Shown: positions 54,907 to 64,000 of the stretch, piece after piece
Numbering within the stretch: position 1 is the stretch's first letter
How the letters are laid out: each line of letters opens with the position of its first letter
Source: Elusimicrobiota bacterium
GTDB lineage: Bacteria; Elusimicrobiota; Elusimicrobia; F11
Direction: 5' to 3'
NCBI GenBank assembly: GCA_044221725.1
Contig: JBGAON010000004.1
Span: 64,001 to 128,000, forward strand
Length of the DNA: 64,000 nt
Position numbers and translations under genes: made by a program
Notes under the pieces: generated by a model
What the model was told of the DNA's origin: nothing
What the model saw: the letters and a program-made list of their open reading frames with translations, nothing else
The model's database searches: none

Positions 54907-56250
54907 GTCAACGAGCGCGTACGCCACGCCGATAATTAATATCCAATCCGACAACACCAAGCGTGATCGCAAATGCGCGATGTACACCACCACCGAAAAA
55001 ACCTGCGTAAGCAAACTGGCCGCCAAAATTTTCCATAAACCGTCTTTTGATTGAAAGATCAAAACTACGAAGCCAATGGCGCCAATGAGCGCTGTGTCAC
55101 GAAACTTGGTCTGTAGCAAACTGATTGGCGTGCGCGCGTTCCAATCTCCGTACATCAGATGCAGGAAAAACGCCGCAACGCCGAGTGTAATACCGAGAAC
55201 TCGGTTTGGATGCTTGCGGAATGTGGCAATAAACAGCGCGAGCCAAATACATGGGAAGAACAAGCCCGTTCCGTTGTTCGTAAACTCCTGATAAGTCTGT
55301 TGAAGTTTAATCCAGGCCCAATAAATGTTTCGAGTGGGGTGTTCGCGAAACGCGGTCCGTGCCGCGGTATTCATTTGCTGGTTCCAATCCCATTCAACCG
55401 GAGTTGCATCTATCATGCGCATCGCGGCGGGGTCCGCTACTGTGTAAGCTTCGTCCGGATGAAACACTTGTCCCATGTAGAGTCCCCACGCCCCATCGGT
55501 GGAAAAAGGTAGAAAATGTTTGTGCACGTTCCAATTGCGAACGATCCACAGAGACCACGGTGTGAGCGCGAGCACAAGAACGAGCGCGAAGGCAGCCAGA
55601 CGAGGTTTAAATATTTTTACGTGCTCTCGCAGAAAAAATACGGTAAGCAAAAACCCAATCAACAATGTTTCGGGTCGAATTAATATCCCAAGCCCATAGA
55701 AAAACGCCGCTCCGTAAGCCCATCCGATCCGTTCCTGCTTTAATAATTTCAAATAACAATACAGGAACAGCAAAAGCATGAACAACGAAAGCGTTTCTCG
55801 GAGATAAACGATCGCGATGTAATAATAGTCGACATAAAAGGCGGCGATAATTCCCGCGATGGTGCCCACGCGGGTTCCGCCCATTTCGGTTCCGAACATC
55901 GCAATCAACACACATGTGAAGGCTCCCAATAGGTACTGGATGGCCGTCACCCAATTTTCCCATTCGTCGGGGCCGCTCAGAAGCTCAATGCCCGCGAGAA
56001 ATAACGAATACAACGGCATGCGAAGTGAATCCGGCTTTGGATGAGGGCCGGGGTCCCGAGAATATACGCCGTGGTGGATAAGATTGTCGGCGTAAGTAAA
56101 GTAAGTGTGTGTCATGCCGCCATGGTGCGGAATCGGTTTCAGGGCTTCGCCGATGGTAATGCGCATGACGAGCGCGACAAGTCCGATAACAATTAGACTG
56201 AAGATAAACCGATCCTTTGTACCGCCAATCTTTTTGGAATCTTCTAACAT
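54814..56250 (-). CDS. ArnT/PMT-like (GT-C) membrane glycosyltransferase
   Basis: R.PLY..FLA, L.ETL..F, LIRP, PW..RN; many TMs. Confidence 0.7.
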   Translation of the reverse strand: MLEDSKKIGGTKDRFIFSLIVIGLVALVMRITIGEALKPIPHHGGMTHTYFTYADNLIHHGVYSRDPGPHPKPDSLRMPLYSLFLAGIELLSGPDEWENWVTAIQYLLGAFTCVLIAMFGTEMGGTRVGTIAGIIAAFYVDYYYIAIVYLRETLSLFMLLLFLYCYLKLLKQERIGWAYGAAFFYGLGILIRPETLLIGFLLTVFFLREHVKIFKPRLAAFALVLVLALTPWSLWIVRNWNVHKHFLPFSTDGAWGLYMGQVFHPDEAYTVADPAAMRMIDATPVEWDWNQQMNTAARTAFREHPTRNIYWAWIKLQQTYQEFTNNGTGLFFPCIWLALFIATFRKHPNRVLGITLGVAAFFLHLMYGDWNARTPISLLQTKFRDTALIGAIGFVVLIFQSKDGLWKILAASLLTQVFSVVVYIAHLRSRLVLSDWILIIGVAYALVDLCPRLEAFFHHISFGEKAQNIKKRLNDNFA

Positions 56251-56260
56251 TCGACCTCCA

Positions 56261-58033
56261 TTAAAACTCTTGATCCAACAGAAATCGAGCGTAATTCGAA
56301 CTGAACAATTCGCGGTAAACGTATTTGTGGACCGGGTCGTTCTCGAGCGCCTGAATTTTTTCAGTCAGAGAGTCCGCAATAGCTCTCTGCTTCTCGGCTT
56401 CTTCATCGTTCCTTTGGCGACGGTACAACAAGGCCAAAGCCTTGTGAGGTACAGGGGCGTCCGGTTCGAGCTCCGCCGCTTTTGAAATTAGCTCACGTGC
56501 CGCTTCGTACTGGCCCTTCCCAACACGGTAGAGCCCCTCTTGAACATAGAAAGGAGCATGATGCGGTTGAAGTTTTCTTGCTTTGGCAAAGCATTCATCA
56601 ATGAGAGCTGTTTCTTCCGGATGGTACGTTACGAGAACCAGTGCCTTTCGTTGCCAAGTAAAACCAATCTGATCATTCCAGACGAGCGACCTGTTCAATT
56701 CCGTCAGAGGATTTTCTCCTTTCTCTATCTTTTTTAACGCGATTTGATACCAGGCGTCCGAACGGACCGGACATAGGCGTGCCGCCATTTCGATGCGGCC
56801 CCGACGCTCGAAGAACGTTGAAACGAAAAGACTGGAGAGAAAAATCAATAACGCGGACGCTGCGACAGCGAGGACAGTGACAATTTCTCTTATGCGGATG
56901 TGAGGTTCTGAACTTTTCGGGGATTTCGCGGCCAGAAAACCGATCGCGATTGAAAAAATCATCGCATTAAATGGCAGGAACAAGCTGTAATTAATTAAAG
57001 AGGTAAGAAAAAACACGAGCAAAATCGAGAACAACAACCGTTCCCTGAATAGAATTGACCACGATTTTTTAATCAGTAAAAGAAACCCACCAAAAAGAAT
57101 CAATGCACCAGGAATCCCGGTTTCTGTGGCTACTTGAAGAAATCCATTATGAGCAAAAATTGTGGAGAACGAGTAATGCAATCCGTAGTTCGCCGGGTAT
57201 TGAAATTGTTGATAGGCCGACTCGAAATTGCCCACACCAAAACCCATGAACGGTTTGTTCGCTATCGCGGCAATAGCGGTGCGCCAAACAGTGACACGTC
57301 CAAGCGTCGATTGTAGGCCCAATGAATCCAGTTCCAAATCGAGCCAAAAGTCTTTGCCGCGCACGGCCATGAACGCGATCAAAAACAGAAAGCTAGCCAG
57401 TGCCAGTTGAAGGCATTTTTTGGGGTAAAAATAAAAAACCAATAATGCGGCAGCGATCGAGCCCGTGCGCGAACGCACATAGAAAATAGCGGCGAACACA
57501 CACAGAGACCAGAGCGCCCATCCCGCCCGTTGTCGCGGGTCCGTCGCGCGCGCGATACGAACGAGAAGCACCGCCAGCGTAATTGGGAGCAGAATGCCGG
57601 TGTGCAGCGAATTCCCAAGAACACCGGCGAATTGGGGCCCTCGTCCGCGCACGCCGGCGAAAAGAATGGAAATTGTTTCCACTGTCCCAAAGGCGACCAA
57701 CAAATTTTCGAATTGCTTCTCGCTGGCTTCGCTCCAATTGCAGCAAGCAAGCACACCCACCAGCATGCACAGAAATGTCTTGCTAATGCCAAACAGAAAC
57801 AAGTCAAGTGGAGCCCCCGTTAAAAGGCCGGTCCAACACCAAACAAAGAAACCAAAAAACGCCAGCGTGACATCCACGGGAACCGGTCGATTCTGAGGCC
57901 GCCTCAAAAGAACCGCGGCCGCAGTGAGTGCCGCGATGAACACCGGTAAAAACGTGAGTGGAGTTTTTCCCCCCAACAGCACAAACGAAATCAAGAAAGG
58001 CAGGAAGAGAACGTTGAGGTTCTTTCGAATCAT
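56261..58033 (-). CDS. O-antigen ligase (Wzy_C) family protein with C-terminal TPRs
   Basis: SRTG, R..VW, P..G.G.GNF, AHN.FLQ...ETGI.G; TPR tail; start re-called at 58033. Confidence 0.82.
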   Translation of the reverse strand: MIRKNLNVLFLPFLISFVLLGGKTPLTFLPVFIAALTAAAVLLRRPQNRPVPVDVTLAFFGFFVWCWTGLLTGAPLDLFLFGISKTFLCMLVGVLACCNWSEASEKQFENLLVAFGTVETISILFAGVRGRGPQFAGVLGNSLHTGILLPITLAVLLVRIARATDPRQRAGWALWSLCVFAAIFYVRSRTGSIAAALLVFYFYPKKCLQLALASFLFLIAFMAVRGKDFWLDLELDSLGLQSTLGRVTVWRTAIAAIANKPFMGFGVGNFESAYQQFQYPANYGLHYSFSTIFAHNGFLQVATETGIPGALILFGGFLLLIKKSWSILFRERLLFSILLVFFLTSLINYSLFLPFNAMIFSIAIGFLAAKSPKSSEPHIRIREIVTVLAVAASALLIFLSSLFVSTFFERRGRIEMAARLCPVRSDAWYQIALKKIEKGENPLTELNRSLVWNDQIGFTWQRKALVLVTYHPEETALIDECFAKARKLQPHHAPFYVQEGLYRVGKGQYEAARELISKAAELEPDAPVPHKALALLYRRQRNDEEAEKQRAIADSLTEKIQALENDPVHKYVYRELFSSNYARFLLDQEF

Positions 58034-58151
58034 CGTTAACGCGAGACCTTCAATAACGATTTTGAATTCGAATGAGAATTTGACATTGTTGGCAATAAAG
58101 CATTTTTCACGGCATTCAGGCAGAGGGGAAAAATTTGACACTTTCGCCATT

Positions 58152-59711
58152 ATGAGCAGCGAAGAAAACAAACCAGCCTCAGCTTCTCGTTCGGACCGAT
58201 TGCGTTTTTTTTCTGCCATCGAACTAAGCAGTTACACGGCGCTCGGCATTCTCTTAAGCACCCTCTCTCAAGTCCTCGTCGCGTATTATTATGGCACCTC
58301 CAAAATGATGGATGCTTATTTGGTCGCTTCCACCTATCCAACACTTGTGATGATGTACATCTTGTCACCAATCAACACCGTCTTAATTCCACAATACAAC
58401 GTTCTCAAACGCGAAAACGAAACCGAGGCTTTTACCAACACGCTGTTCGCGGCGTTGCTGGTGGTGTGTTCGATCATGCTTGTGTTCGGTTGCCTTTTTT
58501 CCCATGCATTGCTCGATAAGGTTATGCCACAGCTCGCGGACGATGTGATGATTCTGTCGGTGAAATTAAGCCCGCTATTTTGGTTCGCGGCCGTTTTGCA
58601 AACGATGTTCGGTTTTTTTGCCGCCATTTTGCAGGCCAACCATGCCTTCCGAGCGCAAGGTCTGGCGCCATTGGTATTGAGTGTCGCAACCGTCACCGCT
58701 ATATCTTGTCTCGCGCCCGTTTTTGGAATATGGGCGTACGCAATTGGAAATGCGGCGGGTGCCGTCACGCAAGTTATTGTGATAGCGCCGAGTCTTCAGC
58801 GGTTGTGGAAGTGGAATCTCAAGGCCTTCGAGTGGAAACATTTGAAACGCTTTTTGATTTTGTCGTGGCCTGTTCTGTTGGGCGGCATTATTGTGCGCGC
58901 CGTTCCCGCGCTGGAACGGTCCGCGGCCTCCGCCTTTCCGTTGGGAACCATTTCCAAGCTTAGCTACGCGCAGCGTGTGCTCGGAACAATTTCTTCTCTG
59001 ACGCTGAGCGGTTTTGTCGTGGTGTTATTTCCACGATTGTCCGAATTGTCGCACGATCTCGTCGAATTTCGGCGCGAATTGATGTCGGCATTTTATTTGG
59101 TGCTGTTCTTTCTCACGCCGATGCTCACCTTCCTGATTTTGTTTGCCGATCCGCTGTTGAATCTATTGCTTGTGCGCGGCGCTTTTTCGCAAGCCGATGC
59201 GGCCAGCGTGGCACGCGCGATGTTGCTGTACGGTCCTTATTATTTGGCGGCGGCGGTCGGCTCCGTGGTCGGCAAAGGACTTTATGCGTTGCAGCTCACG
59301 AAACTCGCCATGGTGATGGATGCGATTGGTTTGGGCGTCTATGCGGCCGCGCTCTTTGGCAGCGTAAAATATTTTGGGAAGGACGGAATTCCGATTGCCA
59401 TGTCAATTTATTACGTGGTGGCGGTGTTGGCGGCTGGCCTGGTTCTGTTGCGCCGCGCCAACGGCGGCTTAAGCGATATTTATGACGGCTCTCTGAAAAA
59501 ATTTCTTTTCGCGATCGGTGTCATGATCGCGATAAATATTGTGGTGTACCGCAGCGTAGCGATTATCAACCCTATCTTGGCGTTGGTATTGGCGGGTGTG
59601 CTCGGAAGCGGCGGTTATTTTTGGATCGGATATTGGCTGAAGCTCGAAGCCGCGCTCAAGGTTCGGCAACTTGTGCGCCTCAAAAATCCGTTTGCGGTTA
59701 AAAAGCCATGA
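58152..59711 (+). CDS. MurJ/MviN-like flippase
   Basis: AYYYGTS..MDAY.VA..P, LSYA.R, RGAF...D; start re-called at 58152. Confidence 0.8.
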   Translation: MSSEENKPASASRSDRLRFFSAIELSSYTALGILLSTLSQVLVAYYYGTSKMMDAYLVASTYPTLVMMYILSPINTVLIPQYNVLKRENETEAFTNTLFAALLVVCSIMLVFGCLFSHALLDKVMPQLADDVMILSVKLSPLFWFAAVLQTMFGFFAAILQANHAFRAQGLAPLVLSVATVTAISCLAPVFGIWAYAIGNAAGAVTQVIVIAPSLQRLWKWNLKAFEWKHLKRFLILSWPVLLGGIIVRAVPALERSAASAFPLGTISKLSYAQRVLGTISSLTLSGFVVVLFPRLSELSHDLVEFRRELMSAFYLVLFFLTPMLTFLILFADPLLNLLLVRGAFSQADAASVARAMLLYGPYYLAAAVGSVVGKGLYALQLTKLAMVMDAIGLGVYAAALFGSVKYFGKDGIPIAMSIYYVVAVLAAGLVLLRRANGGLSDIYDGSLKKFLFAIGVMIAINIVVYRSVAIINPILALVLAGVLGSGGYFWIGYWLKLEAALKVRQLVRLKNPFAVKKP

Positions 59712-60457
59712 CAAAAAACACAAATTCCGTGGTCCATAAAGAGGCGTACGCCCGGTATTTTAAAAGCCACTTCAATCGTTACCAAAGTTTGGACCCGAAT
59801 GATTTGTTCGAATACTACGAGCAAAACGTGAAATCTTCTTTGCCCATGGATCCCAACGCGAAAATTCTTGAAATCGGAGCCGGGCTTGGGAAATTTTCTC
59901 ACTACTTAAAAAAATGCGGCTACACGAACGTTACCTCTATCGACATCTCGGCCGAGCTTGCGCAGCTAGCGAAGCAACACGCGGGCGTTGATGTTACGGT
60001 GGTGGATGATCCGGCGGTTTTTCTAGAGGCTCAAACGGCTGGCTCCTATGACACTGTCTGCATGTTTGATGTGATTGAGCATATGCGAAAAGAATCCGTC
60101 GTCGCTTTTTTGCTTTTGATTCACCGCGTGCTCAAACCAGCGGGAACCTTTCACGTTTCCACCGAGAACATGGCCAGTCCGGTTGGAGGTCGGATTCAAC
60201 ACTATCTGGATTTCACGCACGAGTACAATTTTTCTGAAATTTCGTTGCGACAGGTTCTCGACATTGCGGGCTTTTCGGAGATCACGATTGCCGGAATGCG
60301 CGAAAATATCACGGGCATTCGGTCCTTGCTGTTATGGACGGCACGACGGCTGTTGTTCGCTATCTATCGGTTTGTGTATTTCATCGAACGGCAAGGTATG
60401 GTGCGGCCCACGATCTTTTCAAAAGAGTTAATTGCGTCGGCCAAAAAGATTTCGTGA
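59708..60457 (+). CDS. Class I SAM-dependent methyltransferase
   Basis: ILEIGAGLG, DVIEH, LKPAG, Y.DFTH. Confidence 0.88.
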   Translation: MTKNTNSVVHKEAYARYFKSHFNRYQSLDPNDLFEYYEQNVKSSLPMDPNAKILEIGAGLGKFSHYLKKCGYTNVTSIDISAELAQLAKQHAGVDVTVVDDPAVFLEAQTAGSYDTVCMFDVIEHMRKESVVAFLLLIHRVLKPAGTFHVSTENMASPVGGRIQHYLDFTHEYNFSEISLRQVLDIAGFSEITIAGMRENITGIRSLLLWTARRLLFAIYRFVYFIERQGMVRPTIFSKELIASAKKIS

Positions 60458-61236
60458 TCGACCGACTGTTTCGTTTGTTGTTCGGCTTTCCTCATGTGTT
60501 GAGGCGCATGCAGTATCCGCTTGTTCTGCGAGCGCTCGAGCGATTGTCACCAAGCGGAAACGGCGGAATCGTTTTGGATGTCGGCTGCGGAGATGGAGAT
60601 TTGATTCGCCTGTTGCCAACGCCTTGGTACGGAATCGGCGTGGAGCCGACGCACACGATTGCGGCGGTTCCGGGACGGTGTTGTTTCGTGCGATCGGACG
60701 GCGCAACGATGCCGTTTCCTGACCGCTTTTTTGACGCCATAGTTCTCTCGAGCGTGTTGCAGATGGTTCCAAACGAACAAGAATTGCTGTCGGAATGCAA
60801 ACGCGTGTTAAAAACTGGAGGGCACTTAATTTTGACCGTGCCCAGTGGCTATCGGTTCATCCCCAAAATTTTTCAGGCGGATTTTTTGGGACGTGCGTTG
60901 CGCAGCATGTTGCGATTGCCCGAAACGATTGAAATTTTTTACGAACAGTTGAACGTTAAGCATGCGGCGCGTGGACGCGGCTATTTTCAACACAATGATC
61001 TCGTGGTGGTTCTGAAGACCGCGGGTTATTCGGTCTTGAAATTTGAATACGCGCCGCGCGCTCTCGGATCGTTGATTTACGAAACCTGTTTGTTGCTGCG
61101 ATGGGCGATGGGTCTTAATTTGTCGGTCTACGGGATGGGAGGAATGTTGCTCTATCCGATCGGTTGGTTGGATCGCTGGTTGCCGCCGACAAGCATGGGT
61201 TGCGAAATTCTCGTGAGCGCGGAGCGCGCCGCTTAA
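60454..61236 (+). CDS. Class I SAM-dependent methyltransferase
   Basis: LDVGCGDG, PFPD..FD, RVLK.GG; GTG 60454 overlaps upstream TGA. Confidence 0.86.
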   Translation: MIDRLFRLLFGFPHVLRRMQYPLVLRALERLSPSGNGGIVLDVGCGDGDLIRLLPTPWYGIGVEPTHTIAAVPGRCCFVRSDGATMPFPDRFFDAIVLSSVLQMVPNEQELLSECKRVLKTGGHLILTVPSGYRFIPKIFQADFLGRALRSMLRLPETIEIFYEQLNVKHAARGRGYFQHNDLVVVLKTAGYSVLKFEYAPRALGSLIYETCLLLRWAMGLNLSVYGMGGMLLYPIGWLDRWLPPTSMGCEILVSAERAA

Positions 61237-62102
61237 TGAATATCGGAACCAGAATCGCCCGCAAGTTTATTACGAAATTTCCAGCGACGTTCGTTCCGTT
61301 GCACGCGCGTTGGATGCGATCCCGGTACCGGCAGATGGGACTATCGAGAGGTGTTTGTGTGCTTTCGTTCGATAACGATTACGCCGAAGACAATCGTGCG
61401 GCAGCGGAGCTGTTGCCGTTATTAAACTCGTTTCAAATAAAGGCGACGTGGGCCGTCATCGGCATGTGGGTTGAAAAATTTCCGGATCTGCATCGGCAAA
61501 TAATTTCCGCGGGGCACGAATTGATCAATCACACGTGGTCTCATCCGGATAGCGCGGAATTGCGCAGCGGCGATCCACGAAAATTTAATGAGATGAGCAA
61601 CGAAGAACTTGAGGCGGAGATCGCACGGGCTCACACCGTTTGTATCCAAACACTAAACTATGAGATGAAGGGTTTTCGTTCGCCGCATTTTCGAATTCAC
61701 GCAAAAGCTGCAAAGGTTCTCCAAAAGTACGGTTATCGGTTTACCTCGGAAGTGCCGGCGTTGGAAACACGGACGTTCGGGTTGCCGCACGAAAGCAATG
61801 GACTTCTCGAGCTGCCTCTTTCAAATATTCCACGCCGTCCGGATCGACTGCCCGAAACCTACCGATTATTCCGTTCACCGAACGGTCTATACGACTCTGA
61901 ACGGCAATTTTTCACGGATTTCTGTGAACTGATTAATCTTACGGCGCATTACGGATTGTTCACCTGTTTGTATTTGGATCCGATGGACGTGCAGAAATTG
62001 AAAGCCCCAACATTTTCCGCGTATCTGGAAGTTCTTAAGAAATCGAACGTCGATGTGGTGACGATGCGGCAAGCCGCGGCCCTTTTTGAAAAACGAAACT
62101 AA
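61236..62102 (+). CDS. Polysaccharide deacetylase (NodB-like)
   Basis: LSFD.D, KATW, GHELINHTWSH, GFRSP. Confidence 0.85.
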   Translation: MNIGTRIARKFITKFPATFVPLHARWMRSRYRQMGLSRGVCVLSFDNDYAEDNRAAAELLPLLNSFQIKATWAVIGMWVEKFPDLHRQIISAGHELINHTWSHPDSAELRSGDPRKFNEMSNEELEAEIARAHTVCIQTLNYEMKGFRSPHFRIHAKAAKVLQKYGYRFTSEVPALETRTFGLPHESNGLLELPLSNIPRRPDRLPETYRLFRSPNGLYDSERQFFTDFCELINLTAHYGLFTCLYLDPMDVQKLKAPTFSAYLEVLKKSNVDVVTMRQAAALFEKRN

Positions 62103-63351
62103 GATTCAAATTTTGATCGTATCCGAGACCGATTTCGCGAGCGGCGAAGGGCATAAGCGGCGCATCTTGACCGTCGTTCGCACGCTGGTTGATCGGTACG
62201 GAAAAGAAAGCGTGGACTGGCTTGTGATAGTGCCAAGCGGACTTAATTTGGTGCGAACATATGCGCGTATGCGGCGCATACGACAGGATTACGATGGCCT
62301 TTGTGGGCGATTAAGTTTTCTTCTTAATATTCAACACCCGTTGGTTCGTTGGTGTTGGGCGCCAATCGTATCCTGGCTGGCGACCCGCCTGGTTTCGCGA
62401 TACCCCGGGCGCCGGGTTGTCATTTGGAGCGAGATGACTCATTCGGCGTTGCCTCTGTTGCGAGCGAAACGCCAATTGTCGGTACCGCTCATTGTCGACA
62501 TTCACGGCATTGCCGACGAAGTTCTGCAGCGCAATATTCCATCGAACAAGCGGCAAACAATTTATGCGCAATCGTTGGAGCAAGAAAAAACAATTCTCAA
62601 AGCTGCGGATGGTTGGGTCGCGGTTTCAAATAAGATGCTGGCCGAACACAAAAATCGAGTGGCCAAAAAACCCGCCTGGGAAGCGGTGATTCCCAACACG
62701 GCCGATGAGAAACGATTTGTATGGAATCCAGCGCAGCGCAAAAGCCAGCGCGCCACGTTACGTTGCGAAGACAATTTTGTGTTTGTTTATTCGGGCGGTG
62801 TCCAGCGCTGGCAGTCAATCGATTCGGTGTTGCGATTGATGGCATCCATTGATCAACACGAAGGTTTCCGGTCGTCGTTGCGGCCGTTCTTTTTGTTCCT
62901 GACTTGGGATAAGAATTTCTCATTCGATAAAAAGCTTGCCGAGCTTGGTATCCGTTTGAACAATGCGAAATTCCGACACGCATCAGAAACAGAAGTGCCG
63001 GCGTATTTGCAAGCGGCGGACGCTGGTATCCTGCTCCGAGAAGACAATATCGTGAATCGTGTTTCGTGCCCAACCAAAGCCGCCGAATATCTTTTATCGG
63101 GGTTGCCAATCATTACCACACCATTTGCCGGCGATGTGAGCGACATCGTGAAAGAAAATAATGTGGGTCTTGTGCTGCCGAACACCTCGGTGTTTGATGG
63201 CGATGCCATCGAACGATGGTGTGGGCGAGTGAACGCCACGCGTTCGTCTGTCGCCGAACGCTGTGTCGACGTGGGCAAACGGTTTTTTGGGAGCGACAAA
63301 AAAGATCTGTTAGCCAAAGCGGTCGAACAATGCGCCAAACTCTCCGACTAA
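62086..63351 (+). CDS. Glycosyltransferase family 4-like
   Basis: D.HG..DE, YSGG...WQ, N.V.CPTK.AEYL..GLP. Confidence 0.8.
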   Translation: MKNETKIQILIVSETDFASGEGHKRRILTVVRTLVDRYGKESVDWLVIVPSGLNLVRTYARMRRIRQDYDGLCGRLSFLLNIQHPLVRWCWAPIVSWLATRLVSRYPGRRVVIWSEMTHSALPLLRAKRQLSVPLIVDIHGIADEVLQRNIPSNKRQTIYAQSLEQEKTILKAADGWVAVSNKMLAEHKNRVAKKPAWEAVIPNTADEKRFVWNPAQRKSQRATLRCEDNFVFVYSGGVQRWQSIDSVLRLMASIDQHEGFRSSLRPFFLFLTWDKNFSFDKKLAELGIRLNNAKFRHASETEVPAYLQAADAGILLREDNIVNRVSCPTKAAEYLLSGLPIITTPFAGDVSDIVKENNVGLVLPNTSVFDGDAIERWCGRVNATRSSVAERCVDVGKRFFGSDKKDLLAKAVEQCAKLSD

Positions 63352-64000
63352 CTTTTGTGATCCCATCGCTGGAAGCCGGTGGTGCCGAGAAGGTGATGGC
63401 GCTGCTCGCAAACGCGATGGCGGAGCGGGAACATGCGGTCACCGTTCTGACATGGGACGATGGCGGACAAAAACCGTTTCATGCGCTCGCGCCCAATGTT
63501 CGTCATCGGCCATTAAACATTCGCGGCGATTCGAAAAATGCGGCAGAGGCGCTTTCTGCCAATGTTGGGCGCATCCGCGCTGTGCGGAGCGCGTTAAAAG
63601 AATCGGATCCGCATGTGATTTTATCGTTCATTGATACGACCAACGTGGTGGTGTTAATGGCGACCATCGGACTGGGAATTCCGGTTGTGGTCGGAGAGCG
63701 CATGGATCCAAGAGATTTTCCGCGGAAGGCCGTTTGGCGGTGGCTGCGCGCCATGACGTATCCTTGGGCGAGCCATATCGTTGTTCAGACGCAAGCGGGC
63801 AAAGAATTTTTCGCCGACAGTCTCCAAAAGAAAATTTCCGTCATTCCAAACCCGGTGCCGCCCCCTTCTGTTTCACGCAGCAACCAACTGAACAAAAAGA
63901 TTCTTGCGATTGGACGGCTTTCACTCGATAAAGGTTTCGATTTGTTGTTGCAAGCGTTCGCGGTGCTTCGCAAGACACATCCCGATTGGACACTTTCGAT
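63330..64000 (+). CDS. Glycosyltransferase family 4 (partial, runs off window end)
   Basis: Manual translation MRQTLRLTFVIPSLEAGGAEKVMALLAN...VIPNPV...AIGRL...KGFDLLL. Confidence 0.88.
   Translation, partial: MRQTLRLTFVIPSLEAGGAEKVMALLANAMAEREHAVTVLTWDDGGQKPFHALAPNVRHRPLNIRGDSKNAAEALSANVGRIRAVRSALKESDPHVILSFIDTTNVVVLMATIGLGIPVVVGERMDPRDFPRKAVWRWLRAMTYPWASHIVVQTQAGKEFFADSLQKKISVIPNPVPPPSVSRSNQLNKKILAIGRLSLDKGFDLLLQAFAVLRKTHPDWTLS

Overview
Chromosomal origin region of a moderately GC-rich bacterium; Elusimicrobiota-like by inference from gene content and the large-protein type, not proven. The minus strand carries dnaA-dnaN-recF-dciA-gyrB, with a readable oriC (phased DnaA boxes plus DnaA-trios) between dnaA and dnaN. 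Between dnaA and rpmH sit a 1924-aa multi-domain membrane protein and a GAF-ANTAR regulator whose own leader has promoter, dual ANTAR-type hairpins and an overlapping terminator. The plus strand runs rpmH-yidD-yidC-mnmE (rnpA absent, a REP dimer in its place) into a tightly coupled set: TMTC-like glycosyltransferase, HAD hydrolase, a histidine kinase fused to a degenerate thermonuclease, PD-(D/E)XK nuclease, family-4 UDG, UPF0158, glycerate kinase (CTG start) and ADP-forming acyl-CoA synthetase. The rest holds a purD-like gene, rmuC, a secreted thermonuclease, two glycosylation/methylation clusters rich in GT-C-type membrane proteins, tRNA-Glu(CTC), a divergent orphan crtI, and a complete A-type cytochrome c oxidase operon with fused ctaA-ctaB. 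All product calls come from motif recognition by eye; no database searches were run. No CRISPR array, rRNA, integrase or transposase was seen.
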